Source: Bacteroidales bacterium
GTDB taxonomy: Bacteria > Bacteroidota > Bacteroidia > Bacteroidales > ML635J-15
Assembly: GCA_028701945.1 (NCBI GenBank)
Contig: JAQVPT010000002.1
Location: forward strand, 1-36,430
Length of the DNA: 36,430 nucleotides
Reading direction: 5' to 3'
The notes beneath the pieces were generated by a model. The model was not told the DNA's origin, did not search any database, and saw nothing but the letters and a program-made list of their open reading frames with translations. The translations under genes and the position numbers were made by a program. The stretch's first letter is position 1. Each line of letters starts with the position of its first letter. Below, one piece after another: positions 28,175-36,430 of this stretch.

Positions 28175-29203
28175 TTATCTTCTTTCCCAAAGATGATCAA
28201 GCGTATATTTCCTACTTGAACAAGCATCCTCAATTTTTGAAAACTCCATATCGTTTCCACTGATTACAAAATGATATATTCCTTCGGTTTTACCACATTC
28301 TCTTTCGGGACCTATTAGTTTTAGCGTTTTCCCTTGTACAGAATACTTGCCAGTTTCTGTATCGCCATCATTCATTTTGTCTTCAAAAACAAACTCACCA
28401 TTAGACTTAAAAGTCCAATAAAAATATCCTGTTTCTTTATAACCAAATTTCCATGTCCCCTCAATCGAATTTGATTGTGTAACTGGTTTATCCTGTGCAA
28501 GAATTGCTCCTTGGTAACCTTTCATGGTATGGGCACCATTATAAGCATTGATATAAGCTCTTTTCCATAACATCACTTTCTTTCTCAATAAATCTCTATC
28601 TTCATCAATCAGTCGCAAAGACTCTCTATGATTTTCGACCAAAATATTAATATACTTAACCAATTCTTTAGATTTGGCAAGTTCTTTAAAACGATTCGCA
28701 AGGTCTCTCGCATCTTGACGCTTACCGCCACTAACACCCGAAACGATATTGATACCAAAAACCGAAGAAATAGCATCAGAAGTTAACTGAACAGGAGTAC
28801 TTCCAGGAATTAATACCTGAATCTGATTTTCAATAACTTCAATTTGCATGGTATTTATCAATTTCATTTTTTGATCAAAAGTTTTATGCTCTAAATTTAA
28901 CGACCACGCAGACATCTCAACAATCTCATTTTTACATTGCTCAAACTGTGCGTCCATAAATTTTTGTAAGGGAATATCTCCTTTAGGCAAAATAGAAGGC
29001 TGCCCATATTCTTTAAGCGTAACAGCAGACCTTTGTACAATCCTCAAGCGTTCCGAATCTGACATGTCTGGATCGGTAAGAGCCGACACAAGTTGAGATT
29101 TTGCTTCTAAAACCCACTTTGTCTCAGTTTTATTAAGCTCCTTTTGTGCATTTACAGTATATGCAGCACATAAAATAAAAATTAAATAAATTGTTCTTTT
29201 CAT
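28175..29203 (-). CDS. Secreted protein of unknown function (342 aa), helical N-terminal part plus lipocalin-like C-terminal beta domain
   Basis: Signal peptide MKRTIYLIFILCAAYTVNAQ. The C-terminal ~100 aa (GTWKFGYKETGYFYWTFKSNGEFVFED...GKYSVQGKTLKL...YHFVISGNDMEF) have the strand pattern of small lipocalin-like domains. No catalytic motif was recognised. Confidence 0.7.
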   Translation of the reverse strand: MKRTIYLIFILCAAYTVNAQKELNKTETKWVLEAKSQLVSALTDPDMSDSERLRIVQRSAVTLKEYGQPSILPKGDIPLQKFMDAQFEQCKNEIVEMSAWSLNLEHKTFDQKMKLINTMQIEVIENQIQVLIPGSTPVQLTSDAISSVFGINIVSGVSGGKRQDARDLANRFKELAKSKELVKYINILVENHRESLRLIDEDRDLLRKKVMLWKRAYINAYNGAHTMKGYQGAILAQDKPVTQSNSIEGTWKFGYKETGYFYWTFKSNGEFVFEDKMNDGDTETGKYSVQGKTLKLIGPERECGKTEGIYHFVISGNDMEFSKIEDACSSRKYTLDHLWERR

Positions 29204-29264
29204 AAGACAGAAGTTAAATTAATACTACAAATCATATTTTATAAAATCACAAATACTAGATAGT

Positions 29265-29410
29265 GTCTGTCAATAAAGTCAAGTGTCTGAGCTATAATGT
29301 TCGAGTTCAAGGCTTGCGAAGTATCGGTAACCAAGAGTTTACTCCGTCAACTGACGGATGACTGGTTGCCAATACAAGCATAACGCAGAAATCGGACATT
29401 ATAGACGGAC
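29265..29410. mobile_element. MITE-like 146-bp imperfect palindrome with terminal inverted repeats and a 10-bp flanking direct repeat
   Basis: ACTAGATAGT is identical at 29255-29264 and 29411-29420. The ends GTCTGTCAATAAAGT (29265-29279) and the reverse complement of 29396-29410 (GTCCGTCTATAATGT) match 12/15. The interior has nested pairings: 29292-29300/29396-29404, 29312-29316/29375-29379, 29327-29334/29363-29370 and 29343-29349/29352-29358. Confidence 0.5.
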
Positions 29411-29411
29411 A

Positions 29412-30395
29412 CTAGATAGTTCTCTTTTTATTCAACACATATATTTCACCTTCGTTTGCACCAAGAAAAATTTCATTTTTATAACTTACACAAACGCTAT
29501 AATAATTAAGTTTTGGAATGTCATTAATTTTTAACCAATTGCTATTCCCTAAATTTTTAATATACACCAATCCGTTAAGACCACAAACTGACGAAACCTC
29601 TTTCCCTAAAAACAAGTCAGTAAATTCAGCATTATAGTCATCAATCAAGCTAGACCAATTATAACCAAGGTCTGAGCTATAATAAAGGATTCCTCTATTA
29701 GAAACAGCATATACATTTCCATCACCATCAGTTTCCATATCGACAAAAAATTCATTTTCAAAATCTATATGGTCAAAAGTATTTCCTCCGTCTTCGGTAA
29801 CCATCATAATACCGTATCCACCAATAAATCCAACATGTTCTGTAACAAAACAAAGAGATGCAAACTCATTATCGTAAGAATCATGTGTCCAAGGATAATT
29901 TCCCGTTTCTGTTTCAGACCATAATCCTTTATTAAAATGCTCGCCACCAACTAAAAAAATATTATCCTCACTAGTAGCATAAATATCATGATATGGTAGA
30001 TAATAATCTAAATAAGGATAGTTATCAAGCTCTATAATTGACCAATCATGCCCAAGGTTTTTTGATTTTAACAACATCAAACTATCGCCACAAGCAAATA
30101 CTACTGAATCGTTGAGATAAAAGAATGAGTTAACCGATAAGCTATCGGACTGAAATGTTTTTGTCCAAGAATTACCACCATCGTTGGTAATATATATGCT
30201 TCCATTTGTGTTTTTAGTTCCACCACATAACAATCCTACATTTTCATTGTAAAACTGAATTTTCCGTATTCTAATAGAATCATTAAGACTAATTTTATCA
30301 CAACTAACTTTACCTTCATAATTGATATCATCATCGCAGGCAGTAAATATTACGATAGAAATTATAAAACTTAAACCAATTATAAAATATTTCAT
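29412..30395 (-). CDS. BNR/Asp-box (Ycf48-like) beta-propeller lipoprotein
   Basis: Lipobox IVIFTAC. Repeated Asp-box-like motifs TNDGGNSWTK, SKNLGHDWS, TEDGGNTFD and SSDLGYNWSS at roughly 50-60-aa spacing. Confidence 0.8.
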   Translation of the reverse strand: MKYFIIGLSFIISIVIFTACDDDINYEGKVSCDKISLNDSIRIRKIQFYNENVGLLCGGTKNTNGSIYITNDGGNSWTKTFQSDSLSVNSFFYLNDSVVFACGDSLMLLKSKNLGHDWSIIELDNYPYLDYYLPYHDIYATSEDNIFLVGGEHFNKGLWSETETGNYPWTHDSYDNEFASLCFVTEHVGFIGGYGIMMVTEDGGNTFDHIDFENEFFVDMETDGDGNVYAVSNRGILYYSSDLGYNWSSLIDDYNAEFTDLFLGKEVSSVCGLNGLVYIKNLGNSNWLKINDIPKLNYYSVCVSYKNEIFLGANEGEIYVLNKKRTI

Positions 30396-30411
30396 ACAAT
30401 TATTGATTAAT

Positions 30412-31209
30412 TTAACCTAATAACAACAAACTAAAAGCCATTATTGCCATTCCGATAACTACTCCATAAGTTGGGATATGATGATTCCCATATTTTTGAG
30501 CACCTGGGAGCAATTCGTCAAATGAAATAAAAACCATTATGCCTGCGACTACTGCAAAAATTATTCCTAAAACTGCATCATTTAAAAACGGCATAATAAA
30601 TGCGAACGCAAGTAAAGCACCAAGAGGCTCTGCCAAACCCGATAAAAATGATAATCTCATAGCTTTACGTCTGTTACCTGTAGCAAAATAAATTGGTACA
30701 GCAACCGCAATTCCTTCAGGAATATTATGAATAGCCACTGCCAAAGCTATCGGTATTCCTAGTTCCAAATCCGAATAAGCAGCCACAAATGTTGCAATCC
30801 CTTCAGGAAAATTATGAATAGCAATAGCGAGAGCAGTAAATACACCCATTCTATGCAAGTTGTTTTTATCAATTTCTTTACTCATGCTTTCTACAAACCT
30901 CATTTCGTGTGGATTATCTTTCTCTGGCACTAATCTGTCTATAAGTAAACTTATTAACATTCCACCAAAAAAGGCTGTAATTGCATACCATGGTCCATAA
31001 CCAGCATAAGTTTCCGTTAACTTTTCTACTGCATCAGGCAACATTTCGACGAAAGAAATATACATCATTACACCACCGGACAAGCCTAAACTAAAAGATA
31101 ATAATTTAGTGTTGGTTTTACTTGCAAAAAATGCAATTAAACTTCCTATTCCAGTTGATAAGCCAGCAAATAATGTTAAACCAAAAGCCAACCAAAAGTT
31201 TTCATCCAT
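30412..31209 (-). CDS. zupT: ZIP-family zinc transporter ZupT
   Basis: Eight predicted TM helices. Paired motifs AIHNFPEGIATF and AIHNIPEGIAVAVP. Confidence 0.9.
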   Translation of the reverse strand: MDENFWLAFGLTLFAGLSTGIGSLIAFFASKTNTKLLSFSLGLSGGVMMYISFVEMLPDAVEKLTETYAGYGPWYAITAFFGGMLISLLIDRLVPEKDNPHEMRFVESMSKEIDKNNLHRMGVFTALAIAIHNFPEGIATFVAAYSDLELGIPIALAVAIHNIPEGIAVAVPIYFATGNRRKAMRLSFLSGLAEPLGALLAFAFIMPFLNDAVLGIIFAVVAGIMVFISFDELLPGAQKYGNHHIPTYGVVIGMAIMAFSLLLLG

Positions 31210-31237
31210 AAGATTTATTGTTTAAAATTATACTGCT

Positions 31238-32008
31238 TTATTTTAAATTTTCCCAAAATTCAATATTAAGTTTTTTTTCGACTCGCCGCTCTAATAAAAA
31301 CGGCAAATTATAAAAAAAGTTCATCCCAGTTTTTTTCTCCAAATCATCAATGTTTATTGCATAATTATAAATAGATTCGGCACTGATTTTTTTATTTGGC
31401 ATAACAAAAGCTATTGCCTCAACACAAGTATCGCTAACAAACAAGGCAGCTTTGTAATACTCTTCTGGAACATCAACGCCATTATCTCCTATTTCAGTTA
31501 AACCATCAACAAGTATTGGTCCAGTTACAACATAAATTTTATCTAAATATTCGACATAACACCTTACTTCTGTCTCAAGTTTTTTCCATATCCCACGATT
31601 AAAACTTGGTTCTTGAGGCGACATATTGCTATAATAAAACGATTCCTGCATTGATTGTTCGGAAAAACTCATATCTGCTGCTGGTGCGAGATGTCCGCGA
31701 TCATAACCGCTACCTTTATAATCATTATCGTTGGCAGATTTTGTTTTAATTTTCGGATCTTCCTTAAACTTATTGCTTCTTTTTACATCTCCATTTATCA
31801 TATCCAATTTAAGAACATAAGCTACCCATTTTGCCTGTTCATGTTCTTCACTATAAACAAGACAATAAGATTTATGACAAACAATTTCTTCAGATTTTTT
31901 AAGCTTTGGCAGTTCAAAACTCTTTGGGTTTTTCTGTGCATTAACAAATCCGATAAATATCAGATTAAATGCAATAAGCAAGATTAAATATTTTCTATTC
32001 ATTTTCAT
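31238..32008 (-). CDS. Secreted DNA/RNA non-specific endonuclease (beta-beta-alpha-Me, NucA/EndoG family)
   Basis: Signal peptide, YDRGHLAPAADM (DRGH active-site motif) and SNMSPQ. An alternative start lies 2 codons in. Confidence 0.9.
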   Translation of the reverse strand: MKMNRKYLILLIAFNLIFIGFVNAQKNPKSFELPKLKKSEEIVCHKSYCLVYSEEHEQAKWVAYVLKLDMINGDVKRSNKFKEDPKIKTKSANDNDYKGSGYDRGHLAPAADMSFSEQSMQESFYYSNMSPQEPSFNRGIWKKLETEVRCYVEYLDKIYVVTGPILVDGLTEIGDNGVDVPEEYYKAALFVSDTCVEAIAFVMPNKKISAESIYNYAINIDDLEKKTGMNFFYNLPFLLERRVEKKLNIEFWENLK

Positions 32009-32675
32009 CTATTGGTTGTTCAGGTATTTCAGGGATATTATATTTACGGATTGCTCCTCCCACAATATCTTCGAATGCACAATAAGTCATACAAAGTGTT
32101 GCCGGTGCAGTGAAAATTACTCCTACACCACAAGCAAGTACACCACCTAAATTTATTAGGAAAAGAATAAGAAAAAACTTAAAAAAGTCCCACCAATTTT
32201 TACTTACGATATTTCTGCTAATCTCCATTGCAGACCAAAAATCGTATCCTAAAAATACAACTAGCATATTTGATAAAGAAAAACTAACGCTCAGATAAAT
32301 ACCTGGTATGATTAAGAATATCAACCCTATCAGCACAAGCACACTTGTAACAATACTTAATAATAAAAGAGGTAAAAAGAACTTAAATCCATCAAAAAAT
32401 CTATTAAAGTCAGGTTTTCTATTCATTAAGACATCATTTGCAAAAAGCAATGCTCCGCCAATTAAAGCAGGCTGAATTAAATTTGTTATAAAACCAGAAT
32501 AGTTACCCAATACATAACTTAACACCATAAAAACACCAAACAAGGCAATGAAAAACACAACAAAACCGCCCATTTCTTTCTTAAACAGCTCTAAACCTTC
32601 TTCTATATATTGTTTAGATTTAAACTCATATCCTTCATCAATTAGTTTTTGTATTGCGTAATTGTTATTTACCAT
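31995..32675 (-). CDS. Multi-pass integral membrane protein of unknown function
   Basis: At least five hydrophobic helices (FVVFFIALFGVFMVLSYVL, LLLLSIVTSVLVLIGLIFLIIPGIYL and others). The stop overlaps the nuclease gene start. Confidence 0.7.
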   Translation of the reverse strand: MVNNNYAIQKLIDEGYEFKSKQYIEEGLELFKKEMGGFVVFFIALFGVFMVLSYVLGNYSGFITNLIQPALIGGALLFANDVLMNRKPDFNRFFDGFKFFLPLLLLSIVTSVLVLIGLIFLIIPGIYLSVSFSLSNMLVVFLGYDFWSAMEISRNIVSKNWWDFFKFFLILFLINLGGVLACGVGVIFTAPATLCMTYCAFEDIVGGAIRKYNIPEIPEQPIDENE

Positions 32676-32696
32676 GTTAAGTTCATTTATTAATAA

Positions 32697-34535
32697 TTAG
32701 CTATTCTGATTTAATTCAAAAAGTTCCGAATCCCCTTTTATAAGACTTTCAAGTTTCTTTGAAGGCGATGTTATAAAAGGAATCTCAAAATATTTATTCC
32801 AGTTTTCATCTATTTTGGAAATTGTTTTTTTGTCCATTGACACAATATTAGGCCAAGGTCTATTAAAACCGTCTTTCTTTTTAGTTTTAATACCAGCATC
32901 AACAATTAAGCAATTTTCTAAGACTTCACAATCATGCGAAGGGTCAATATTATTAAGCACGTACCAAGCGTATAAAAATGGATTTTCAAAGCTTACAAAA
33001 TTATCAATTATTATAAGTACTTTACAATCCTCAATTTGATTGTTTTTAATAATGGATTTTCCTTGTTTCAAAAAATTTTCGTCATTGTTTTCTGCACCGA
33101 TAATAATCAAATTTTGATCACTGTATTTTATGTTATTGATTTCGTCCGACAGCCCTACTTGTTTTATTTCGCTAGTATTGCTTTTAGTAGCATCAATCAA
33201 CAATTTACCACTAAATGTGTATTGATAAGCAGAATGATCCAAAACATCAGAAGGCCCTTTGCCAATTATAATACTATTCTCTGGAGAAATATTTCGACAA
33301 ATGACATCAAAAACTTCGCTATCATTATGGATATCAACATCTTCATCAAAACAAATCAAGACTTTTGAAAACATCATCTGACCAGCACCTAAAAGAGCGT
33401 TCATAATTTTAAAACTTTGACCAGGATATGTGTTTTTTGCTTTAATCAAAACTAAATTATGAGCAACACCATAGCCCGGAAGTCGAATGTCAATTATTTC
33501 GGGTGCAATAGTAATTTGAATTGGTTTTAGAAAAATTCGTTCGGTAGCTTTTCCCAAATAAAAATCCTCCATCGGTGGCACACCTACGATAGTTGCTGGA
33601 TAAACCGCATTTTTTCTATGAGTAATACAAGTTACATGAAAAACAGGGTACATATCATCTAAAGAATAAAACCCAGTATGGTCTCCAAAAGGTCCTTCGC
33701 GTTTCAGCTCTTCGTTAGGATCAATGTAACCTTCAATAACAAAATCGGCAGTATCGGGAACATAAATATCATTCGTAATTGATTTTACAAGATTTACTTT
33801 TTGATTTTTTAGAAAACCTGCGAGCATAAATTCATCAATATTTTCGGGTAATGGAGCAGTTGCACAATAAGTTAGAACAGGGTCTCCGCCCAAAACGACC
33901 GAAACAGGCATTTTACTACCTGCTAATTTGTGTTTATTATAATGCTCCGCTCCTCCTTTGTGTAAATGCCAGTGCATTCCGGTAGAGTTCTTGTCAAAAA
34001 TCTGCATTCGATACATTCCGACATTTCTAATTTTAGTAATCGGGTCTTGAGTAATTACCATTGGCAAAGTAACAAATCTACCGCCATCGTGAGGCCAACA
34101 TTTTAAAACTGGTAAAATACTTAAATCAGGATTTTTAATTATAATTTCTTGACATTGCCCTTTTTTAGATGAACGTTTTGGCATCCAGTCAGATGCAGTT
34201 TTAAGCTCTGGCAAAAGAGCAAGTTTTGACCTAAAACTTTCATTCGCACCTGCTAATTTTGATAAAATCTTATCAATTCGTTCACCAGGTTCATCATAAG
34301 ACTTTAAGCCCAAAGCCAATAAAATTCTATTGTCTGAACCATAATGATTTATCAAAACTGGAAAATCAGTGCCAGTATTTTCAAAAAGTAAAGCCTTGCC
34401 TCCTCCCTGCTGTTTCATCATTCTGTCAGCAATTTCGGTAATTTCAAGCTCTGGGTCAACAAATTCCTTTACTCGAATTATTTCGTTTTGAGTTTCTAAA
34501 TGTTCGATATATTTTTGAAGAGTATCTGCCGACAT
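32697..34535 (-). CDS. UbiD-family (prenylated-FMN-dependent) decarboxylase, menaquinone/ubiquinone-biosynthesis type
   Basis: N-terminus ...IRVKEFVDPELEITEIADR...GGGKALLFEN, then RNVGMYRMQ and EGPFGDHTGFYS. At 612 aa it is about 110 aa longer than E. coli UbiD, mainly at the C-terminus. Confidence 0.9.
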   Translation of the reverse strand: MSADTLQKYIEHLETQNEIIRVKEFVDPELEITEIADRMMKQQGGGKALLFENTGTDFPVLINHYGSDNRILLALGLKSYDEPGERIDKILSKLAGANESFRSKLALLPELKTASDWMPKRSSKKGQCQEIIIKNPDLSILPVLKCWPHDGGRFVTLPMVITQDPITKIRNVGMYRMQIFDKNSTGMHWHLHKGGAEHYNKHKLAGSKMPVSVVLGGDPVLTYCATAPLPENIDEFMLAGFLKNQKVNLVKSITNDIYVPDTADFVIEGYIDPNEELKREGPFGDHTGFYSLDDMYPVFHVTCITHRKNAVYPATIVGVPPMEDFYLGKATERIFLKPIQITIAPEIIDIRLPGYGVAHNLVLIKAKNTYPGQSFKIMNALLGAGQMMFSKVLICFDEDVDIHNDSEVFDVICRNISPENSIIIGKGPSDVLDHSAYQYTFSGKLLIDATKSNTSEIKQVGLSDEINNIKYSDQNLIIIGAENNDENFLKQGKSIIKNNQIEDCKVLIIIDNFVSFENPFLYAWYVLNNIDPSHDCEVLENCLIVDAGIKTKKKDGFNRPWPNIVSMDKKTISKIDENWNKYFEIPFITSPSKKLESLIKGDSELFELNQNS

Positions 34536-34537
34536 AA

Positions 34538-34729
34538 TTAATTTTTATTTCTTAATATTTCCTTCGCATTTGTTATATGCTGTGCCAAACATTCTGAACA
34601 TAAACAATCATTAAATTTTTCTTTAAGATATAAAGACAATTCTCGTGAAATTACAAAGTTTACGCACCAACATTTTTCGTTATGGGTGCATGTAAATTCT
34701 TTTCCGCAGTTTTCACAAATTTTCTTCAT
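34538..34729 (-). CDS. Small cysteine-rich protein (CWC-type)
   Basis: 63 aa with CENCGKEFTC..KCWC and CLCSEC. The start overlaps the GT9 stop (ATGA at 34726-34729), and the ORF ends 2 nt before the UbiD start. Confidence 0.7.
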   Translation of the reverse strand: MKKICENCGKEFTCTHNEKCWCVNFVISRELSLYLKEKFNDCLCSECLAQHITNAKEILRNKN

Positions 34730-35715
34730 CTACCTAATAAATTATTTGCTTTTGTTATAATTGCCTGAATATCTTGTTTTTGCATACAATCAAAATGTTT
34801 TTTAGGACATTTTTTAAATCCTATTTTCGAACAAGGACGACATTTTAAGTTTTCAACTTCAAAAATCTCCGAATTAATTCCTGCCAAATATGGATACATT
34901 CCAAATTCAGGCACTGTATTTCCCCAAATCGAAATAATATCTTTTTTAAGTGCCGCAGCAATGTGCATCATACCAGTATCGTGAGTAATTACTAAGGCAG
35001 AATTGTTTATTATATACGCCGACTCATCAAGTGAAGTTTCTCCGCACAAATTATAAACATGCTCTAATTTTTCGGATACCTCCTCACCAATTTTCTGGTC
35101 TTCTTTACCTCCTATCAAAATAACAGGCTTATTAATTCCCAAACAAATTTCTCTGATTTTTTCTGCAGGTAATTGTTTAGTTGCATGTTGCCCGCCAATT
35201 GCAAAAGCTACAAACTTATCCTCATCAGAAAACATTTCTTTAAAATCATAATTAACACCCTGAGGAATAAAATAGTCCAATCCTTTTTTATCATTTACCA
35301 CATCAAAAAGCTTAACCGTTTCAAAATAACGATCAACGATATGTAAATCAGGCAATTTATTTTTCTTGGCATTAACTAACAACCATTTTTCATAATTTAA
35401 TTTCTCGAACGAAAAATCTATAATTTTAAGTCTATTTTTAAACCTAAGCGAGCGAATATTTTTATGTAAATCGATAATATAATCAAAACCTTCGTCTCGC
35501 AACTCATTAATAGTTTCGTGAAAACTACCCAAAGTATGCACTTTATCTATAAAAGGATTTGACTCCAATATTGAGGCATAAACTGGCTTAGTAAGAAAAT
35601 GAACAACTGCTCCCTCCACCTGCTGCTTTAGACAACGAACTATTGGTGTTGTTAAAACTATATCGCCAATCGAACTAAAGCGTATAATCAAAAACTTAAT
35701 TTCATTCTCGTTCAT
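34726..35715 (-). CDS. Glycosyltransferase family 9 (heptosyltransferase-like)
   Basis: N-terminal FLIIRFSSIGDIVLTTPIVRCLK, which is typical of GT9. C-terminal THDTGMMHIAAAL. Confidence 0.85.
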   Translation of the reverse strand: MNENEIKFLIIRFSSIGDIVLTTPIVRCLKQQVEGAVVHFLTKPVYASILESNPFIDKVHTLGSFHETINELRDEGFDYIIDLHKNIRSLRFKNRLKIIDFSFEKLNYEKWLLVNAKKNKLPDLHIVDRYFETVKLFDVVNDKKGLDYFIPQGVNYDFKEMFSDEDKFVAFAIGGQHATKQLPAEKIREICLGINKPVILIGGKEDQKIGEEVSEKLEHVYNLCGETSLDESAYIINNSALVITHDTGMMHIAAALKKDIISIWGNTVPEFGMYPYLAGINSEIFEVENLKCRPCSKIGFKKCPKKHFDCMQKQDIQAIITKANNLLGR

Positions 35716-35756
35716 AAAGCAAAATTAAAAATAATTCGGCAGTATTTACGAGATAA

Positions 35757-36430
35757 GTGAGGATTATGTTAATTAGTGATATTGTTATTGAATTTTAGTC
35801 GGATTGAAAATTCGAGTTAGCGGGGGTTAACGGTTTATCGGTTTGCGGTTCGCGGTTCGCGGTTCTCAGTTTGATGATTTTAGGATTATTGAAAGCAAAA
35901 GATTTTTTAACAAGAGAACAAACGAAAATTCGAAGTAAGAACAAAAGAACAAATGTCAGGACTAGTTGATGTGGAGATGTGATGATGAAGAATCACTGGA
36001 TTACAACTTTATGAGAACAAAAGAACAAGTAATCAGTGATGTCAGTAATCGGTAATCGGGTAATTACAAAGGTTTATGATTATTGACAGCTTGAGATTTT
36101 TGAAGTAAGAACAGGAGAACAATCGAACAATCGAACAATCGAAGTAAGAACAAAAGAACAAATGTGAGGATTATTTGATGTCGAGATGTGAGGATACTGA
36201 ATCACTGGATTACTGGATTACAGAATCACAACTTTATGCGAACAGGTATTCGAGATTTCAGTAATCGGTAATCGGTTAATTCAGTGTTGTTTAGGATTAT
36301 TGATAGCAAGATGCTTTTGAAGTAGAACAGGAGAACAATCGAACAATCGAACAATCGAAGTAAGAACAAAAGAACAAATGTGAGGATTATTTGATGTCGA
36401 GATGTGAAGATACAGAATCACTGGATTACA
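35757..36430. repeat. Non-coding higher-order tandem repeat, period about 198-216 bp, more than 3 units, truncated by the window end
   Basis: The anchor GTGAGGATTAT occurs at 35757, 36164 and 36380, with the diverged form GTCAGGACTAG at 35955. The anchor CGAAGTAAGA occurs at 35931, 36140 and 36356. Units contain duplicated words: GCGGTTC x3 (35846-35866), ACAATCGA x3 (36119-36142 and 36335-36358), GTAATCG x2 and CTGGATTA x2. Stops occur in all frames. Confidence 0.85.

Noticed and set aside
28078-28260. 60-aa ORF in the track
   Set aside because: Its C-terminus (DYVYHIMTFMLIMWI) is the frameshifted reading of the propeller pseudogene (compare DYYLPYHDIYA in the full gene). Its N-terminal part overlaps the end of the 342-aa gene, so it is a chimeric artefact.
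30925-30939. TGGCAC motif as a sigma-54 promoter
   Set aside because: It lies inside the zupT coding region on the non-coding strand and is followed by TGTC rather than TTGC at the -12 position. Another TGGCAC near 33590 has wrong spacing.
35757-36430. Possible CRISPR or other repeat-spacer array
   Set aside because: The entire ~210-bp unit repeats, including the would-be spacers. The short words are tandem duplications rather than 28-37-bp repeats separated by unique spacers. No cas-like gene is in the window.
1-36430. tRNA, rRNA, tmRNA or riboswitch genes
   Set aside because: Reading the intergenic regions by eye found no cloverleaf-like or conserved riboswitch sequences. This is a limited manual scan, so tRNAscan-SE or Infernal should confirm it.

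Overview
AT-rich chromosomal segment with strong Bacteroidota hallmarks: the bamA-skp-skp-murI / uppS / nadK / pdxJ envelope-biogenesis synteny, TAnnTTTG-type -7 promoter boxes, and an LptE-like lipoprotein next to secG. Most of the window is a conserved housekeeping backbone: sigma-54 activator-lptE-TPR-secG at 2.4-5.8 kb, the envelope cluster at 16.9-27.7 kb, and a tightly packed minus-strand operon (GT9-CWC-UbiD-membrane-nuclease-ZupT) at 30.4-35.7 kb. Three stretches look accessory or unusual. (1) 5.9-13.5 kb holds a 1177-aa SWIM+SNF2 helicase transcribed divergently from a NYN+OST-HTH (LOTUS) protein. It is followed by a 'word-repeat' intergenic element, a TPR/LuxR regulator and a decayed IS1182-like transposase. 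This divergent pair is my best guess for an undescribed nucleic-acid-targeting module. (2) 27.8-30.4 kb holds a BNR/Ycf48-like propeller lipoprotein gene. A frameshifted, internally deleted copy of its 3' end lies about 1.3 kb away, and an orphan secreted protein sits between the two. A 146-bp MITE-like palindrome flanked by a perfect 10-bp direct repeat is inserted exactly at the propeller stop codon. (3) 35.76 kb to the window end is a non-coding higher-order tandem array with a period of about 200-216 bp, built from duplicated 7-9-mers and running off the window. An unusual operon also links a LytTR response regulator, a class-III aminotransferase, a secreted unknown protein and a membrane-anchored single-domain receiver (13.5-16.9 kb). 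No rRNA, tRNA, CRISPR array or intact transposase was recognised. All family calls come from motifs read by eye; no searches were run.
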